A stretch of DNA of 64,000 nt from assembly GCA_035291665.1 (NCBI GenBank), contig DATDRP010000003.1, forward strand, positions 148,549 through 212,548. Reading direction: 5' to 3'. A program made the position numbers and the translations under genes. Under the pieces are notes generated by a model. It saw nothing but the letters and a program-made list of their open reading frames with translations, did not search any database and had not been told where the DNA came from. Positions 1 through 9,595 of the stretch are shown in pieces. The stretch is from Patescibacteria group bacterium (GTDB lineage: Bacteria > Patescibacteriota > Microgenomatia > UBA8517). Within the stretch, counting starts at the first letter, position 1. Every line of letters begins with the position of its first letter.

Positions 1-347
1 TTCTGGCCGGTAATTGATATTGATGGAAAAGATACATCGCCATTCTTCGGAATAAGTTCTTCCTCTGTTACTGCTACCCTGCCGGATTATTCCATTAATG
101 AATTTGATGAAAAAGATTTGGTAAGACTAAGAAAAAACACTGTAAAATACGGACGAATCATCGGACAAAGGATAGAATATCAAACGAATCAGGAAAACGA
201 TAATAATGCCAAGGATACGCCAAAGTGAAGCCTCCTCAGGTGCTGAGGTTTGATGTATCTTTTTGAAAGATACATCATTGGTGATAGCTTCTAGCCTAGG
301 TTCAATCATCCCCCAAGTAAGAAACTTAGGGAATTCTGAATCTAGTC

Positions 348-1541
348 TTAGAGATTGATAATTTCTTCCGGAATCGTAAGTTCTTCAATATAATGCGGGT
401 CGGCAGTGGTAATAATGGTTTGTTGATTTTCAGAAACCTGTAAAACAATTTTTCTGTGTTCATGGTCGAGTTCCGAAAATATATCATCCAGAAGAAGAAC
501 GGGCTTTTCACCAGAGACGCTCTCAACAAACAGCAGTTCTGCGAGCTTTAACCACAATACTCCCATTCGAGCTTCTCCACGAGAACCAAATCGAGCCAAA
601 TCCCGTGGAGAAGAATTTCTAATTTCTAAATTCGAATTTCTAATTACAGACTGGTCTTGTGATCCGTATTTCGTATTTCGTATTTCGAAAACAAAATCGT
701 CTCTGTGCGGTCCGACCAAGGTTGTTCCAGCATATACTTCCTCATTTGCGTATTTTGCCAGTCTTTCCTCACTGATGGTCGACAAATCATAAGTTAGAGA
801 ATAATCACGGTCTTTGAAATCTTTAGTTCTATTTACAAAGTCAATAAACTCGGATCTTTTTTCTGTAATATAATTCCCGTGCTTAATAAGAAGTTTGTCC
901 CAATATAATAATTGCGACCTGGGAATGCCTTCATCCCTGATCCGAAGCAGAAGTTTATTCCGTTGTCTGACTCCTTTTTCGTATAGCAAGACTCCGCGTC
1001 TGTATTCCCGATCTACCTGAGATAAAACTTCATCCAGAAATCTCCGCCTTATTGAAGGAGCTTCAGTTACCAAATCCAAATCCCAGGGACCGAACAAAAC
1101 AACTTTTAAATTACCAGCAAAATCAATCAATCTTTTCGGTAATCCATTGACAAGGAGTTTTTTTTTCTGTGTTTTTTTTATACTTTCAGAGTCTTCTCCT
1201 ATTTGAACTTCCCCATCTGTAAGTACTGCCTCAAGACTAGTATTTTGCATCTTGGATTTTGTATTAAGTGTTTCCGGATTATTTTCTTCAGTTAAATCTA
1301 CATCATAATTCAAAATTCTCAGTTTGGCGGAGATCCTTGCAATGTCGGAGTTGTAACGAATCATTTCACTTTCCAATTTTGCTTTAAAACTTTTCCCTGT
1401 AGCTAAAAGATAAATCGCTTCCAATATATTTGATTTTCCGGTTGCATTATCACCAACAATAACAGTCAGTCCAGCCGAAAATTTAATTTCTTTCTTGGTA
1501 AAATTTCGAAAATCATCTACCTTTAAACTTTTTATCAGCAT
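348..1541 (-). CDS. recF: DNA replication and repair protein RecF
   Basis: N-terminal Walker A GDNATGKSNILEAI. Signature-like GSRGEARMGVLWLKLAE. Walker B LLLDDIFSELD at the C-terminus. Carries a low-complexity insertion EIRNS..NLEIRNSS. Confidence 0.85.
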   Translation of the reverse strand: MLIKSLKVDDFRNFTKKEIKFSAGLTVIVGDNATGKSNILEAIYLLATGKSFKAKLESEMIRYNSDIARISAKLRILNYDVDLTEENNPETLNTKSKMQNTSLEAVLTDGEVQIGEDSESIKKTQKKKLLVNGLPKRLIDFAGNLKVVLFGPWDLDLVTEAPSIRRRFLDEVLSQVDREYRRGVLLYEKGVRQRNKLLLRIRDEGIPRSQLLYWDKLLIKHGNYITEKRSEFIDFVNRTKDFKDRDYSLTYDLSTISEERLAKYANEEVYAGTTLVGPHRDDFVFEIRNTKYGSQDQSVIRNSNLEIRNSSPRDLARFGSRGEARMGVLWLKLAELLFVESVSGEKPVLLLDDIFSELDHEHRKIVLQVSENQQTIITTADPHYIEELTIPEEIINL

Positions 1542-2407
1542 TACATTTCTTCCTCCAAATAACTTAAATACTCCTTTATCTTTCTCAAGATTTTTGGTTT
1601 TTTCAAAGCGACTTTAATCTCCTGGAAAAAATCAGTTAAACCATTCAGTTCTTTTTTCTCACCATATGACCCGCCCATTGGGTATTCTGATATTTGGTCT
1701 ATCTTAAGTCCGGCAAGGCTCTTCAAATTAAGTTTGGCTATTTTCCCGAAATACCTTAATTTGCCGTCCCTTCTGTAATGCCTTAGAGAAACTGTATATC
1801 GTGGATCTTTGAATATCGTAAAATCGATTCCCTTCTTATAAAGCATTCCTATATAATCACTATCTTCAGCAAACACCATTTTTTCATTAAAACCCCTATA
1901 CTTTCTGTAAAGTTCATTTTTTACACCCATCAAAGCACCCTGAGTTTTTGGACTATTCGATAATTTCATTACTTCCATCCCAAAATTTATAAATTTTACC
2001 AAAGCAACATCTGAAGGTTTTTTACTATCAGCGATGCTGTAAGTTGTAAAACATTGCGGATTTTCCTTTAAAATCCGATACTTGATACCGTCCAAAAAGT
2101 AACCGGGGATTCTGTTATCCGCATCCATAAAAATGATCCATTTCCCTTTTGCTTTTTTCGCTCCCAAATTCCTTTGATGCGAAACGTTTCTTTCTTTACT
2201 GGAAATTACTTCAAGAGATAATAAACTTTTTTTGAATTCCAGACTTCTTTTCACTGTTTCGTCCTTTGAATTTCCGTCAACAACTATGACCTCAAAATCG
2301 GAATAAGTCTGCGCTGCCAGATCTTCCAATAATTTCGGCAAATATTTCTCTTCGTTCAGAGATGGAATGACAATTGAAAAAAATAAATCTTTACTGTTTT
2401 TTGGCAT
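1541..2407 (-). CDS. Glycosyltransferase family 2
   Basis: FSIVIPSLNEE...VIVVDGNSKD and a DAD motif, typical of the GT-A fold. Confidence 0.7.
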   Translation of the reverse strand: MPKNSKDLFFSIVIPSLNEEKYLPKLLEDLAAQTYSDFEVIVVDGNSKDETVKRSLEFKKSLLSLEVISSKERNVSHQRNLGAKKAKGKWIIFMDADNRIPGYFLDGIKYRILKENPQCFTTYSIADSKKPSDVALVKFINFGMEVMKLSNSPKTQGALMGVKNELYRKYRGFNEKMVFAEDSDYIGMLYKKGIDFTIFKDPRYTVSLRHYRRDGKLRYFGKIAKLNLKSLAGLKIDQISEYPMGGSYGEKKELNGLTDFFQEIKVALKKPKILRKIKEYLSYLEEEM

Positions 2408-2409
2408 AA

Positions 2410-4017
2410 TTATTGAAAATTAACAAAATCATACAATTTTGTTCTTTCTCCCTCAGTTAATTTTGCAATATTATCACCTATCCACAAGGATGTGCTATTT
2501 CTAAGGGTAAAATCTTTGTGTTTATTAATTAAACTAATACTTATACCCGTCCCCGATCTGAATATTACGCAATCCGGATCATTTATCCAAATCTTTTTGT
2601 GCCAGAAATTTCTGGACTCACAGTTTCTTAAATCCTCCCTCAACATATAGTTATTAATATATCCATTCAAAATAGGAACCTTACAAACAAACGGATTTAA
2701 AGTGTCAAGCCCTACCCTGCAATAATCAATTAAACCTACAAGTGGCGACATTTGCGTAATACACGATTGAATAAGTGCATTCTTTCCGGTAGAGTTTCTG
2801 ATTATTTCAAAACCTTCTCTAAGGGCTTGTGCCCTGGTCACATTTTTGTAAAAGTTATTGGCAAAACAAACCGGATAAGTAAAATCTATCTTAAAATATT
2901 CAAATCCGTATAACTTTAATTTCCTGAATAATCCGGAAATAAATTCTTTGACTCCGGGGTGTGTTGGATCAAGGGCTCTGAATGACAATGAAGATATAAA
3001 ATCAAACGGCGTTGTTAATCGGGCTTCAAAAAATTTGGATTTACCGTCTCGTAAAAACCAGTCGGGGTGATTTTGAAATAATTTACTCTTTGGGCTGGCA
3101 ACATATGGCGCAATCCAAATACCTGCCATATAACCGCGACGTTTTATATCCCGGGCAATCGCTTCTAATCCGCCCGGAAAAAGACTGCTCCAACTATCCT
3201 CCCAATCCCCCCAGGGGGCCGGCACACCGTCGATTTGAACAAGCTCCAGTGTCAACTTTTTTGGAAATATTACGATCGAATCCATTTCGTCTTTGATATA
3301 TTTTTCATTAACATAATTCCCTTGATAATAATAAGCGCAACAAAGTCCTTTGATAGGTTTTGGCAGGTGATTGATTTTATTTTCCCTTTTTACCAGATCT
3401 GCATATTTTTCCAAAGTTTGCCGAACCTCGCCGAAAATAATCGCAATTTTTTCAGATCTAATAGATGCACCCGGTTCCAAAGTTAATCCATCAAACTGAC
3501 AAGTAACCCTTACTCTTGTTCCCTCTTTCTCTTTTTTTACGAAAATTTGGGAGAATTGATTCTCTATTGATATTGCCCCAATAACCAAAGATTCACCCTG
3601 TTTAACAAGCTCTGTATACCATTCTGAAACTTGTGCGCCCTTTATGTACCCGTATGCTTTTCGAAAACTAAATGGATTCTGATCACGCAGAAGAAACAGT
3701 TTTTTCTTTTTTGACGTATTTATTCCATTTCGATATCCGGAAAATCCTGATTGCGTCCATGCATTTTCCAAAATCTTATCAGGATAATAATTTTGAAGTT
3801 TCAGGTCGGCAACTAAAGCGGAATATAATTTTATCGATTTTTTTAAATTGTTTATTACATTTATATTTGTAATAAAAATATTCTCGCCATCTATTTCTCT
3901 TTCGATTTCTATTCCGAATTGATTGTTTTCGTCAAGGAATTGATCTTTACCGTCAATATTACAAAATAAACCATAACAGGACCTTCTTAGTACATCATTT
4001 AATCCTTTGGTGTTCAT
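2410..4017 (-). CDS. Putative glycoside hydrolase (TIM-barrel, alpha-galactosidase/GH36-like)
   Basis: DGVPAPWGDWEDSW...GYMAGIWIAP and KIDFTYP resemble GH36/GH27-type motifs. The family is not certain. Confidence 0.4.
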   Translation of the reverse strand: MNTKGLNDVLRRSCYGLFCNIDGKDQFLDENNQFGIEIEREIDGENIFITNINVINNLKKSIKLYSALVADLKLQNYYPDKILENAWTQSGFSGYRNGINTSKKKKLFLLRDQNPFSFRKAYGYIKGAQVSEWYTELVKQGESLVIGAISIENQFSQIFVKKEKEGTRVRVTCQFDGLTLEPGASIRSEKIAIIFGEVRQTLEKYADLVKRENKINHLPKPIKGLCCAYYYQGNYVNEKYIKDEMDSIVIFPKKLTLELVQIDGVPAPWGDWEDSWSSLFPGGLEAIARDIKRRGYMAGIWIAPYVASPKSKLFQNHPDWFLRDGKSKFFEARLTTPFDFISSLSFRALDPTHPGVKEFISGLFRKLKLYGFEYFKIDFTYPVCFANNFYKNVTRAQALREGFEIIRNSTGKNALIQSCITQMSPLVGLIDYCRVGLDTLNPFVCKVPILNGYINNYMLREDLRNCESRNFWHKKIWINDPDCVIFRSGTGISISLINKHKDFTLRNSTSLWIGDNIAKLTEGERTKLYDFVNFQ

Positions 4018-4059
4018 TTATTTATTTTTGGCAGTGTGGCCTGCCCGCAAAGCCTGAGC

Positions 4060-4947
4060 TTAGCTCTGGCAGGCGGGGCAAAAGTAGGTTCCACGTCCAC
4101 CAAGCTTTATTTTTTTAATCGGGGTTTTGCATACCTTGCAAGGTTCTCCTTCTCTTCCGTAAACAAGCGTAAAATCCTGATATTTTCCCTCTCCTCCGTC
4201 AGGTGTAACAAATGCAAGTTCCGATGCCCCTCCTCTTTTAATCCCCTGTTTCAAAACCGATTCTATCGATTCGAATAGTTTTTTTCTTAAACTTAGACTT
4301 AAACTTAAACTTTTCTTGCGCGGATTTATCCCCGCAAGCCACAAAGCATCATTCGCATAAATATTTCCCACACCGGCCATCTTTCCTTGGTCCATCAACA
4401 AAAGTTTTATTGGTTTTTTGGACCTTAAAAGAATTTCCGAAAATTCATTTTCGTTTAAATCTTTTAGAAATTCCTTTCCCAATTTCCCTATAAAGCTGTC
4501 GTCTGTCAGCTCTTTGCTCTTAACTAATCGCATCCATCCAAACTTTCTGTAATCATTGAAGTACAAAACACCCCCGCGATCTAAGGTAAATATCACATGT
4601 GTATGCTTCCCCGCCTTCGTCCTGCTAAGCAGTACTTCGGCGGGCAAGCCAGGTAACCCTCCAACAACTTTCTTGGAAAGGGGTCTTGGGTTTTTTAAAT
4701 TTGGACCCCGGTAGATAAATTGTCCAGTCATTTTGACATGGGCGACAATTGAATAACTATTTGAAAGATCTATTACAAGCGCTTTCCCAAAGCGTCTGAC
4801 TTTCTTTATATTTGCGCCGATAATATTTTTTTTATCCTCTTCCTTTAGAGTTTTTGAATAATTTATTACAACTTCTTTAATCTCATGTCCAACGAGAAAT
4901 CTTTGAAGCTGTATTCTGATTGACTCTACCTCAGGAAGTTCCGGCAT
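4060..4947 (-). CDS. mutM: Formamidopyrimidine-DNA glycosylase (Fpg/MutM)
   Basis: Starts MPELPEVE with the catalytic Pro2. C-terminal zinc finger CKVCKTPIKKIKLGGRGTYFCPACQ. Contains an SLSLSLSL repeat. Confidence 0.85.
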   Translation of the reverse strand: MPELPEVESIRIQLQRFLVGHEIKEVVINYSKTLKEEDKKNIIGANIKKVRRFGKALVIDLSNSYSIVAHVKMTGQFIYRGPNLKNPRPLSKKVVGGLPGLPAEVLLSRTKAGKHTHVIFTLDRGGVLYFNDYRKFGWMRLVKSKELTDDSFIGKLGKEFLKDLNENEFSEILLRSKKPIKLLLMDQGKMAGVGNIYANDALWLAGINPRKKSLSLSLSLRKKLFESIESVLKQGIKRGGASELAFVTPDGGEGKYQDFTLVYGREGEPCKVCKTPIKKIKLGGRGTYFCPACQS

Positions 4948-5106
4948 ATTATAATTATAGACTCTTACCCCGTATAAACGACATTGTGACGCGAGGACGT
5001 AGACCTCGGGAACAACGAGTTCTGTGCGGGGCTACTTCCGGTAATTCTGGTATAAGGATATTTTATCAGATTTCTACCCCTCGAAGCTTTAGCGAAGTGG
5101 GGCGAC
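4948..5106. other. 159-bp GC-rich insert flanked by ~20-bp direct repeats (4928-4947 and 5107-5126), a duplication of the fpg start region
   Basis: CTCAGGAAGTTCCGGCATAT and CTAAGGAAGTTCCGGCATAT bracket a GC-rich segment with internal CCCCG...CGGGG pairing. The second copy encodes MPELP followed by a stop. Confidence 0.35.
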
Positions 5107-5160
5107 CTAAGGAAGTTCCGGCATATAAATTAGTATATTGTATTTGGAATATAGTATATA

Positions 5161-5703
5161 GTGAAAAATATGCTGAAGCAGATTTATATAAAATATTTTT
5201 CCAAAAATAAACCATTAAGACACTACTCCCAACACATGTTAGTTGGTTTCTTGGTTTATCTGATATTTAGTTTTTTAGTTGGTCTGCCATTCAATTTTTT
5301 CTACTTTTCGATTTTCATTTTGTCCACTTATATTATCGATTTAGATTCGATTGTCTCCCTATTTACTAGCTGTAAACACATCCCCGAGGCACAAGAAATA
5401 GTTCGTTCACTTAAAGCAGGTCAAATTGGAAAAGCGTCCGCATATGGAATCACTGTCCACAAGAAACTCAATAAGTTACTTCTTCATAATATTCTTGGTC
5501 TTATTCTGGTTCTATTTATTTTATTTAATTCAGTTTCTACTAAAAACTATTTTGTGTTAACTGTATCGGGAGGGGTATTTACCCACTTTGTCTTCGATAT
5601 ACTGGATGATATATACCAACTGGGTCACATTAAAAATTGGTTTTGGATATTTAAAAATACCACTGCGAAGGGTAAAGAAGATGGTCAACATTTATTTGCG
5701 TAA
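5161..5703 (+). CDS. Hypothetical polytopic membrane protein
   Basis: Four predicted TM helices and no recognisable motif. Confidence 0.4.
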   Translation: MKNMLKQIYIKYFSKNKPLRHYSQHMLVGFLVYLIFSFLVGLPFNFFYFSIFILSTYIIDLDSIVSLFTSCKHIPEAQEIVRSLKAGQIGKASAYGITVHKKLNKLLLHNILGLILVLFILFNSVSTKNYFVLTVSGGVFTHFVFDILDDIYQLGHIKNWFWIFKNTTAKGKEDGQHLFA

Positions 5704-6147
5704 ATCCACTTTTAAATCAGTTCGAATCGTTTTCTCAACTTATTCGCGTATATCTGAAATGAAGCGTTTTTTCGAAAACTTTTTTACCGGATAAACACAA
5801 ACTGGCTGTTTAATATCACAATTCTTGAAAGTCGCATTTCTATATCGTATAATCCCATAACATGGAATTCGATCGCCAACAGGACAATCGCCAGGCGGCA
5901 AATTGGCGTACGATAAGATTGCTCTTAAATGGAGTAATGGCTCCTTCAAATGGAGTTTTACTTGGATTGACTGGTTATTTGTTAATATTTGGTCCCGAAG
6001 CTGCTAAAACAGTCCTACCAAATGCAAGCGCCTCCGATGTTCAGACCTTTAAAGAATTTTTGATAGGCACTACTTCATTTTTTACAGGATCTGGATTAAC
6101 AGCGTCGGGGATTGTAGGAAGGCTCAGACCAAGAGGTTAGTTATATT

Positions 6148-7275
6148 CTAACCCTTCACCCTTTCAACTATTTCAGTTATATCTTTAACAAATTTCTCTT
6201 TCGAAAACTTCTTTGCTTGCTTTACACAATCCTCTGGTCTTATATTAGTTTTTTCAAACCGCTTTATTGCTGAAATTAAACTCTCAAGCGTCGTTTCATC
6301 GAAAAACACCCCGGTTTTACCATCAATAACCGTTTCCATCACCCCTCCTGATTTATAAGCAATGACAGGCGTTCCCGTTGCCATCGCTTCAACCGGAGTG
6401 ATACCGAAGTCTTCCGACTCTGCCGGAAAGATATATGCTTTTGCTCCCGCCATTAACTTCAACTTTTCTTCCTCAGTTACCTCTCCCAAAAATTCAACCT
6501 TTGAGATTTGAGATTTGAGATTTGTGATTTGAGCCAGCTCTTCACCATATCCCGCAAAACTTTTTCCGAATACTTTCAACGGAAGGTTTAGTTTCGTGCA
6601 TGCCTCAACTGCCAGATCCACTCTTTTTGCCCTCGCCAACCTCCCCCCCGCAAGATAATAATTCCTAAATCTTGAATCATGAATCTTAAATCTTGCTGGT
6701 ATATTAACTGGGGGGTAAATAACGATTGCTTTTCTGCGATAAAACTTTTCAATTCTACTTTTTACTTCTTCTGAATTGGCAATAAAAAGATCTACATTTT
6801 GCGCTGAATTAAAATCCACCATTCTCAAAAAATGATTGACAACGCTGCCGATAATCTTTGAAACAATTTTGCTTTCCCAATCTCTTGCCGTTTTATATCC
6901 GTACAAGTATCTCGGCGGTGTATGGCAATAACAAATCAGTTTCGCCGAACCTTTCTTTACGGAATTGGGAAAATACGCACCCGTTGCAGAAACAATTATC
7001 AAATCATATTTTGAAAAATCGAAACTTTTAAATACCCGCGAAGATATTAAACGGAACGGGCTGATTAATTTTTCCTTAAACGGTATGTATTGAAGAAATG
7101 ATGTTTTAATATTCCACTTTTTAAACCGTTCCCTATGCGGTCCCAAATATTTCGGACAATAAATTGAAGTAAAAACATCAGCATCGGGATACATCTCATG
7201 AAGTGTTTCCAATACCCTCTCCGCCCCTCCATACTCCTTCAAATAATCATGTACAATTGCTACTTTCATACTCAA
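6148..7275 (-). CDS. Glycosyltransferase family 4 (GT-B)
   Basis: C-terminal EDFGITPVEAMATGTPVIAYKSGGVMETV, the E-x7-E region of GT4. Two in-frame tandem-repeat stretches lie inside the gene. Confidence 0.75.
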   Translation of the reverse strand: MSMKVAIVHDYLKEYGGAERVLETLHEMYPDADVFTSIYCPKYLGPHRERFKKWNIKTSFLQYIPFKEKLISPFRLISSRVFKSFDFSKYDLIIVSATGAYFPNSVKKGSAKLICYCHTPPRYLYGYKTARDWESKIVSKIIGSVVNHFLRMVDFNSAQNVDLFIANSEEVKSRIEKFYRRKAIVIYPPVNIPARFKIHDSRFRNYYLAGGRLARAKRVDLAVEACTKLNLPLKVFGKSFAGYGEELAQITNLKSQISKVEFLGEVTEEEKLKLMAGAKAYIFPAESEDFGITPVEAMATGTPVIAYKSGGVMETVIDGKTGVFFDETTLESLISAIKRFEKTNIRPEDCVKQAKKFSKEKFVKDITEIVERVKG

Positions 7276-8669
7276 AACAAACTTCCCTGTTGTTTTTCAA
7301 CAATTTGTTTTTTTATTTTTTGATATTCGCTCCACCTTCCCATTTGGGCGGATTGTTTCAGCTCTATTTCCAACTTTGAAACTCTTATCTCCAAATCCCC
7401 TTGCTCTGTCTCTAACTCTATCTTATTAATCTCATCATCCGACCCATCATAGACCCCACCCCACTCTATCACTCTTCCACTCTTATGCTCTTTTACTCGA
7501 ATCTGCCATTCTCCCATTACTTCAACCAGCACATTGTCCAAATTAAACTTTCCAAAATACGATTTATATTTTTCAGACTCTGAATATTTCACTTCTTCAA
7601 TGAGTTCTTTTTTAAATAACTCATTCATTAAAAGCGAGGTGTCCTTATCTGCGACAACATCGATATCCTCAACTCCCATGTCGAGTCCTTGTAAAACCAT
7701 GCTTGCAGTTCCCCTTATCGCATATTGTTTACCTTCCAAAGCTTTTGCGATACGAACGACCAACATTACTATCGCGTCTTTATCAAGCTTATTCTTAAAA
7801 TCTGTTCCAGCTTTTTGCTGAACTCTTTTTTTCAACGTTCGAAAGCCAATCTCGTCAAACACATCTAAGACTTTACTACTTCCAAGGTTCCAGTTCTTCA
7901 TCTCATTCAAATCAAACTTGAACTCCACATCCCGAACAATTTTTGCCAACTCGTATGAGATGTCTCCCGACTTTTTTCCAGCCTTTAATTTTGAAGCAGT
8001 TGCCTTGTCTATCTTTCTTAAATTTTCGTAAATTTCCTTATAGCTTTTGTATTCTTTAATTAGTTTTTCTGCAGATACAGGACCGATCCCAGGCACACCT
8101 TTATAATTGTCCGAGGAATCCCCCATTAAAGCTTTAAGATCTATTACATTTTTTGGCTCCACACCCAGCTTTTCCACTACTTCAGTTGGCCCAAATAATT
8201 TCGCATCACTCAAACCTTTGACGGGCATATATACTTTTACTCTCTCATCGACTAGTTGCATTTGGTCTTTATCACCGGTTACAATCACAATTTCATCCAA
8301 TTTACTTTTAGTTTTTTCCGAGAGCGTACCAATAAGATCGTCCGCTTCGTAACCCGCTTTTGTGTAAACAGGTATTCTAAAAGCTTCGACCACTTTTTTA
8401 GCAAGATCAAATTGACTTGTTAACTCTTCGTCTGTTTCCGGGCGCTGGGCTTGATATGCTTCATACATTTTTTTTCGAAAAGTTGGTTCTTTTCTGTCAA
8501 AGCAGACTGCAATATGCGTTGGTTTGAGGTCTTCAATAATTTTCAGAAGCATTGAGGTAAATCCATAAACAGCATTAATCGGCTGACCAGATCTTGAGGT
8601 AAGCTTTGGCATTGCGTGATACGCCCGATGCATGATTGCATTGCCGTCTATAAGTACTAACTTAGCCAT
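7272..8669 (-). CDS. 5'-3' exonuclease (PolI N-terminal/FEN-like) fused to a C-terminal nucleotidyltransferase-fold domain
   Basis: N-terminal LVLIDGNAIMHRAYHA...EADDLIGTL and an H3TH region. The C-terminal ~170 aa has GTASMVLQGLDMGVEDIDVV, matching the pol-beta-like NTase motif G[ST]x12-13DhDh. Confidence 0.7.
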   Translation of the reverse strand: MAKLVLIDGNAIMHRAYHAMPKLTSRSGQPINAVYGFTSMLLKIIEDLKPTHIAVCFDRKEPTFRKKMYEAYQAQRPETDEELTSQFDLAKKVVEAFRIPVYTKAGYEADDLIGTLSEKTKSKLDEIVIVTGDKDQMQLVDERVKVYMPVKGLSDAKLFGPTEVVEKLGVEPKNVIDLKALMGDSSDNYKGVPGIGPVSAEKLIKEYKSYKEIYENLRKIDKATASKLKAGKKSGDISYELAKIVRDVEFKFDLNEMKNWNLGSSKVLDVFDEIGFRTLKKRVQQKAGTDFKNKLDKDAIVMLVVRIAKALEGKQYAIRGTASMVLQGLDMGVEDIDVVADKDTSLLMNELFKKELIEEVKYSESEKYKSYFGKFNLDNVLVEVMGEWQIRVKEHKSGRVIEWGGVYDGSDDEINKIELETEQGDLEIRVSKLEIELKQSAQMGRWSEYQKIKKQIVEKQQGSLF

Positions 8670-8758
8670 AACTACTCGTAAATTGTATCAGTATACATGA
8701 CTTATATGAAGCTTTTTATTAATTTGACTAAATCATATCTTCGGATATTATTTGTTTA

Positions 8759-9352
8759 ATGGCAAAGGATAATATTGAAGTTGAGATAAAAATTAAACTA
8801 TCAAAAACAAGGTTCGAAAAGATAAAAAAAGTATTATCAAAGATCGCCAAAAGAATCAAATCTTCACACCATATCGATGCTTACTATAACCCCATATACA
8901 AAAGTTTCTTAAAACCAAAATATCCTTTCGAATGGTTGACAATACGGGAGCGGGATGGAATTGTAAAATTAAACTATAAACATTGGTATCCAGAAGGAGT
9001 CAAAAACACAACTCATTGCGACGAGCTCGAAACAAAAATCTCGGACAAAATCCAAATGCAAAAGATTCTCAAAGCTCTTCATTTTGAAAACTTTGTCACA
9101 ATTGATAAAAAAAGGCTTGCCTATGAATATAAAAAAGAATTAGAGATCGCACTCGATCAGGTGAAGGGTTTGGGGTATTTTATTGAGGTCGAGTCGATAA
9201 ATAATACCGGCGGAGTCCAAAAAGCTCACAAAAAACTATTGGAATTCCTTCAAAAAGAATTAGGAATTTCAAAAACTCAAACTATCCCGGGTGGGTATGC
9301 GGCTGAAATGATGAGAAGAAAAATTAAAAAATTCACAAACCGATCAGTCTGA
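8759..9352 (+). CDS. CYTH-domain protein (triphosphate tunnel metalloenzyme / class IV adenylate cyclase-like)
   Basis: N-terminal EVEIKIKL (the ExExK motif) plus WLTIRERDG and GYFIEVE. Divergent from the exonuclease-NTase gene. Confidence 0.6.
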   Translation: MAKDNIEVEIKIKLSKTRFEKIKKVLSKIAKRIKSSHHIDAYYNPIYKSFLKPKYPFEWLTIRERDGIVKLNYKHWYPEGVKNTTHCDELETKISDKIQMQKILKALHFENFVTIDKKRLAYEYKKELEIALDQVKGLGYFIEVESINNTGGVQKAHKKLLEFLQKELGISKTQTIPGGYAAEMMRRKIKKFTNRSV

Positions 9353-9595
9353 CCGTAAATCGACCAGTCAAAGAATTTTATCAGTCAAGACCATGCCTTC
9401 TTGCAATTATAGGTCGAATAGAAGCCTCTGGCTGGCTTTCGTCCTTTTTCTTTTTCGATTTTTTTTCAGTCTCTTTTTCACTGACTTCTGCTTCCGTTTT
9501 ATGCCCCAATAATATTCCGCTATCAAAACTCCAAATTTGAAAAGCACTTTTAAATGGACTTTATATTACTCTTTCTGCCATCTTTATACACCTCC

